Source: an uncultured Planctomycetales bacterium
Lineage (GTDB): Bacteria; Planctomycetota; Phycisphaerae; UBA1845; PWPN01
Direction: 5' to 3'
DNA: 37,256 nucleotides
NCBI GenBank assembly: GCA_964611365.1
Contig: CAZSYS010000004.1
Span: 1 to 37,256, forward strand
Shown piece after piece: positions 34,920 to 37,256 of the stretch (within the stretch, counting starts at the first letter, position 1; every line of letters starts with the position of its first letter). A program made the translations under genes and the position numbers. The notes under the pieces were generated by a model. That model was not told where the DNA came from. It was given only the letters and a program-made list of their open reading frames with translations, and did not search any database.

Positions 34920-37256
34920 TCAGCGCTGACCGGACTGAGAGGCCCCGGCGGCCGCCTGGCTGGCCAGCCCGGCCAGCGTCTGCAGCGAAGACTGCTGGTC
35001 CTGCATCTGGGCCAGAGCCTGCTCCATCGCGTAAAACTGGTTGTACAGCCGCTGCTCCTTGCGCTTCAGCAGCTCCTCCAGCTCGCCAATCCGCTCCTGA
35101 AACCCGTCGATCCGGTCCTGCAGGCGGCGGTTCTGCCCCGGCAGCAGGCCGCCGACCGTGCTGGTCACCGCGTCCAGGTACTGCTTCAGCCGGGCGGCCA
35201 CGCCCACCGGCACCGGCCGCTCCGTGCCGTCCGGCTCCTCCTCCACCCGCACGTAGCTGAAGAGCTTGCGCACCGACTCGGGATCCTCCTCGAAGGCCCG
35301 CCGCAGCCGCTCCTCGTCCACCGTCAGCCGGCTTCCGGTGGTCACGCTGACCCCGACGTCCGACAGCCGCCGGTACCGCAGGCTCGTGTCCCCGACCTCG
35401 CGGCTCACCTCGCGGTACAACTGGTTGTACAGCTGCAGCACCGCGTTCTCCCCCAGCAGCACCCCGCTGGTCTGCGTCTCGGGCACATACCGCGTCAGCT
35501 CCCGGATCCGGTCGATGATGTCGTTGAACGACGTCGCGAACGACTTGACGTCGTTGACCACGCTCTCGATGTCTCCCGCCACCACCACGTCCGCCGGCGC
35601 GGTGCCGGGGGAGACCAGCGTCAGCGTCAGCCCGTCGACCACGTCGCGGACGGTGTTCGAACTGCTGGTCACCACGATCGGACTGGAGCCCCCGGACCCG
35701 CCGACGATCAGCGTCGCGTCGCGGGCCTCGGTCAGCACGTTCAGGTCCAGACCCGCTATCCCCGCGGAAAACGCCAGTTCTCCGGCCCTGCCGCTGATCC
35801 GTGAGGTGAGCACCAGCCGGTACGGCGCCGAGGCCGTCCCGTCGTTGATCACCGATGCAAACACCGACAGCCCCGCGGCGTTGATCTTCGACACCAGGTC
35901 GTCCAGGGTGTCGTCCGCGTCCGTCTCGACCACGCCGGTGTGCCGCCCGTGGATGACGTTGTCCGCCCCCGCGGTGCCGGCGATCCTCAGGTCCGCCGCC
36001 GCCGTGCCGCCTGCGAGGTCCATCACCGTGAGCCGCCCGGCTCCGCCCCGCTCATCGACGATCGCGATGCCGTCCCCCGTGTCGTTCAGCCGCGCCGCCA
36101 CCCCCGGCGCGCCTCCCAGCGACTTCAGCGCCAGGTTGATCTCGTCGATCACGTCTCCGACCGTCCGATGCAGCGTGTCACGCAGGGTCACGGTCACATT
36201 CCGCGCGTCGCTGGTGGTGATCCCGAAGCTCGCCGGCCCGTTGGACAGAACCACGCCCCGGCCGCCGTTGAGGCTCGACAACAGCGTGTTCTCGTGGATG
36301 ACCCGCAGCTGCAGGTCGCCCCCGGCCGCCGCGCCGCCGGTAAACGTCCCGGCGATGCCCAGTCCGGCCGCCAGCCCGCCGCCGCCGAGGTCCTCGACCG
36401 TCAGCGGACCCGAGCCGGTCGTCACGTCGCGAACCACAAGCCCCGTGCCCCCGGGGCCCGTCTCCGCCCGGAGCCCCGAGACCCCGTTGATCCGGTCGAT
36501 GACATCCTGCAGCGTCTGGTCGCCGGCGAAGTCCACCTCCTGCGTCGTCCCGTCGCGCAAGGTGAACCGCACCGCTCCGGTCGATACGCCGCGCCCGCCG
36601 GCCAGCGAACTGAGCAGCACGGTATTCAGACCGCCCACCAGGTCGCGCGTCCGCAGCGTGTCGCCGTCGAACGCCGCGGTCAGCCCCAGCCGCCCGGCCG
36701 CCGGCCCGTGGATCGCCGTCACCTGCGAGACGCCCGCTCCGGCGGTGTGATCCACCAGCACCAGGGCGTTGTCCTCCAGCCGCACCTCCAGCCGCGACGA
36801 ATCGTTGACCACTCCGGAGGCGTCCCGGGCATACTGGATCGCCCGCTGCACCGCCCCGACGGTGTCAAACCGGTAAATCGCCGAACCCTTGAAGCTGCCG
36901 GTCTCGCTCTGCCCGAGAATGCCCAGGTCCCTGGCGGCCGTTCCGCTCACGTCCTCCACCTTCAGCTCCGCGGCCGTCCCGCCGGTGCTGTCACTGATGA
37001 ACAACGCGTTACCGCTCACCAGCACACTGACTCCCAGAGGCCCCCCGCCCCCAAGGGTGGCGCCGTTGATCGCGTCCACCACCTGCTGCAACGTCGACAT
37101 GCCGCTCAGGTCGATCTCCGCCGACTCGCCCCGCCGGTTGGTGATCCGGATGGTCGCGGCCGTCGTATTCACCCCACGCCCGTCGTTGAGCTCCATCAGG
37201 TGGGTCGAGTCGTCATAGCTGCCGCCGGCCGTCTTCAGCCGCAGACGCCCGAGATG
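34920..37256 (-). CDS. fliD: Flagellar filament capping protein FliD (5' end outside window), with repeated ~100-aa modules
   Basis: The C-terminal region LQDRIDGFQERIGELEELLKRKEQRLYNQFYAMEQALAQMQDQQSSL is the FliD_C coiled coil. The central region LDDLVSKINAAGLSVFASVINDGTASAPYRLVLTS is FliD-like. The frame stays open from ATG 37196 up to base 37256. Confidence 0.85.
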   Translation of the reverse strand, partial: HLGRLRLKTAGGSYDDSTHLMELNDGRGVNTTAATIRITNRRGESAEIDLSGMSTLQQVVDAINGATLGGGGPLGVSVLVSGNALFISDSTGGTAAELKVEDVSGTAARDLGILGQSETGSFKGSAIYRFDTVGAVQRAIQYARDASGVVNDSSRLEVRLEDNALVLVDHTAGAGVSQVTAIHGPAAGRLGLTAAFDGDTLRTRDLVGGLNTVLLSSLAGGRGVSTGAVRFTLRDGTTQEVDFAGDQTLQDVIDRINGVSGLRAETGPGGTGLVVRDVTTGSGPLTVEDLGGGGLAAGLGIAGTFTGGAAAGGDLQLRVIHENTLLSSLNGGRGVVLSNGPASFGITTSDARNVTVTLRDTLHRTVGDVIDEINLALKSLGGAPGVAARLNDTGDGIAIVDERGGAGRLTVMDLAGGTAAADLRIAGTAGADNVIHGRHTGVVETDADDTLDDLVSKINAAGLSVFASVINDGTASAPYRLVLTSRISGRAGELAFSAGIAGLDLNVLTEARDATLIVGGSGGSSPIVVTSSSNTVRDVVDGLTLTLVSPGTAPADVVVAGDIESVVNDVKSFATSFNDIIDRIRELTRYVPETQTSGVLLGENAVLQLYNQLYREVSREVGDTSLRYRRLSDVGVSVTTGSRLTVDEERLRRAFEEDPESVRKLFSYVRVEEEPDGTERPVPVGVAARLKQYLDAVTSTVGGLLPGQNRRLQDRIDGFQERIGELEELLKRKEQRLYNQFYAMEQALAQMQDQQSSLQTLAGLASQAAAGASQSGQR

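Noticed and set aside
1-37256. Scan for tRNA/rRNA, CRISPR arrays, IS elements, integrases and toxin-antitoxin or defence genes
   Set aside because: I saw no T-loop/acceptor-like tRNA structure and no regularly spaced short direct repeats with unique spacers. I saw no transposase or integrase motifs and no terminal inverted repeats. The only repeats are intragenic, in the giant protein gene and fliD.

Overview
GC-rich (by eye about two-thirds G+C) bacterial chromosomal segment with frequent GTG/TTG starts and many 1-14 nt stop/start overlaps. Positions 1-28923 form one co-directional (+ strand) exopolysaccharide/exosortase locus of about 25 genes. In order these are: dTDP-rhamnose genes (rmlA 5'-partial, rmlB, rmlD); an ACP / adenylating ligase / AsnB-type amidotransferase / NadE-like PP-loop cassette; exosortase and EpsI; a GNAT-like protein; a GT2; a B12-binding radical SAM enzyme with a small Cys-rich partner; a CelD-like+GNAT fusion; and a CE4 deacetylase. 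They are followed by a FemAB-like::Alg14-like reading frame with no stop codon between the two parts, a TTGA-coupled Alg13-like gene, a second GT2, a Wzx-type flippase, a pyruvyl transferase, a hexapeptide acetyltransferase, an FrhB-like protein, a Wzy-like polymerase and a second CelD-like + CE4 pair. Convergent on the - strand is a ~1450-aa secreted multidomain protein (PKD-like, Ig-like and LamG-like modules, a perfect 265-nt in-frame tandem duplication, an unassigned ~435-aa C-terminal domain). Next come fliS and a long, internally repetitive fliD that runs off the window end. I recognised no rRNA, tRNA, CRISPR array, transposase or integrase. The best candidates for new biology are the acyl-carrier/amidotransferase cassette joined to the exosortase (including a non-canonical NadE-like member), the radical SAM + Cys-rich protein + CelD/GNAT triad, the stop-less FemAB::Alg14 junction, and the repeated pairing of CE4 deacetylases with FemAB/CelD-type transferases. 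All family assignments rest on motif recognition by eye. No database search was run.
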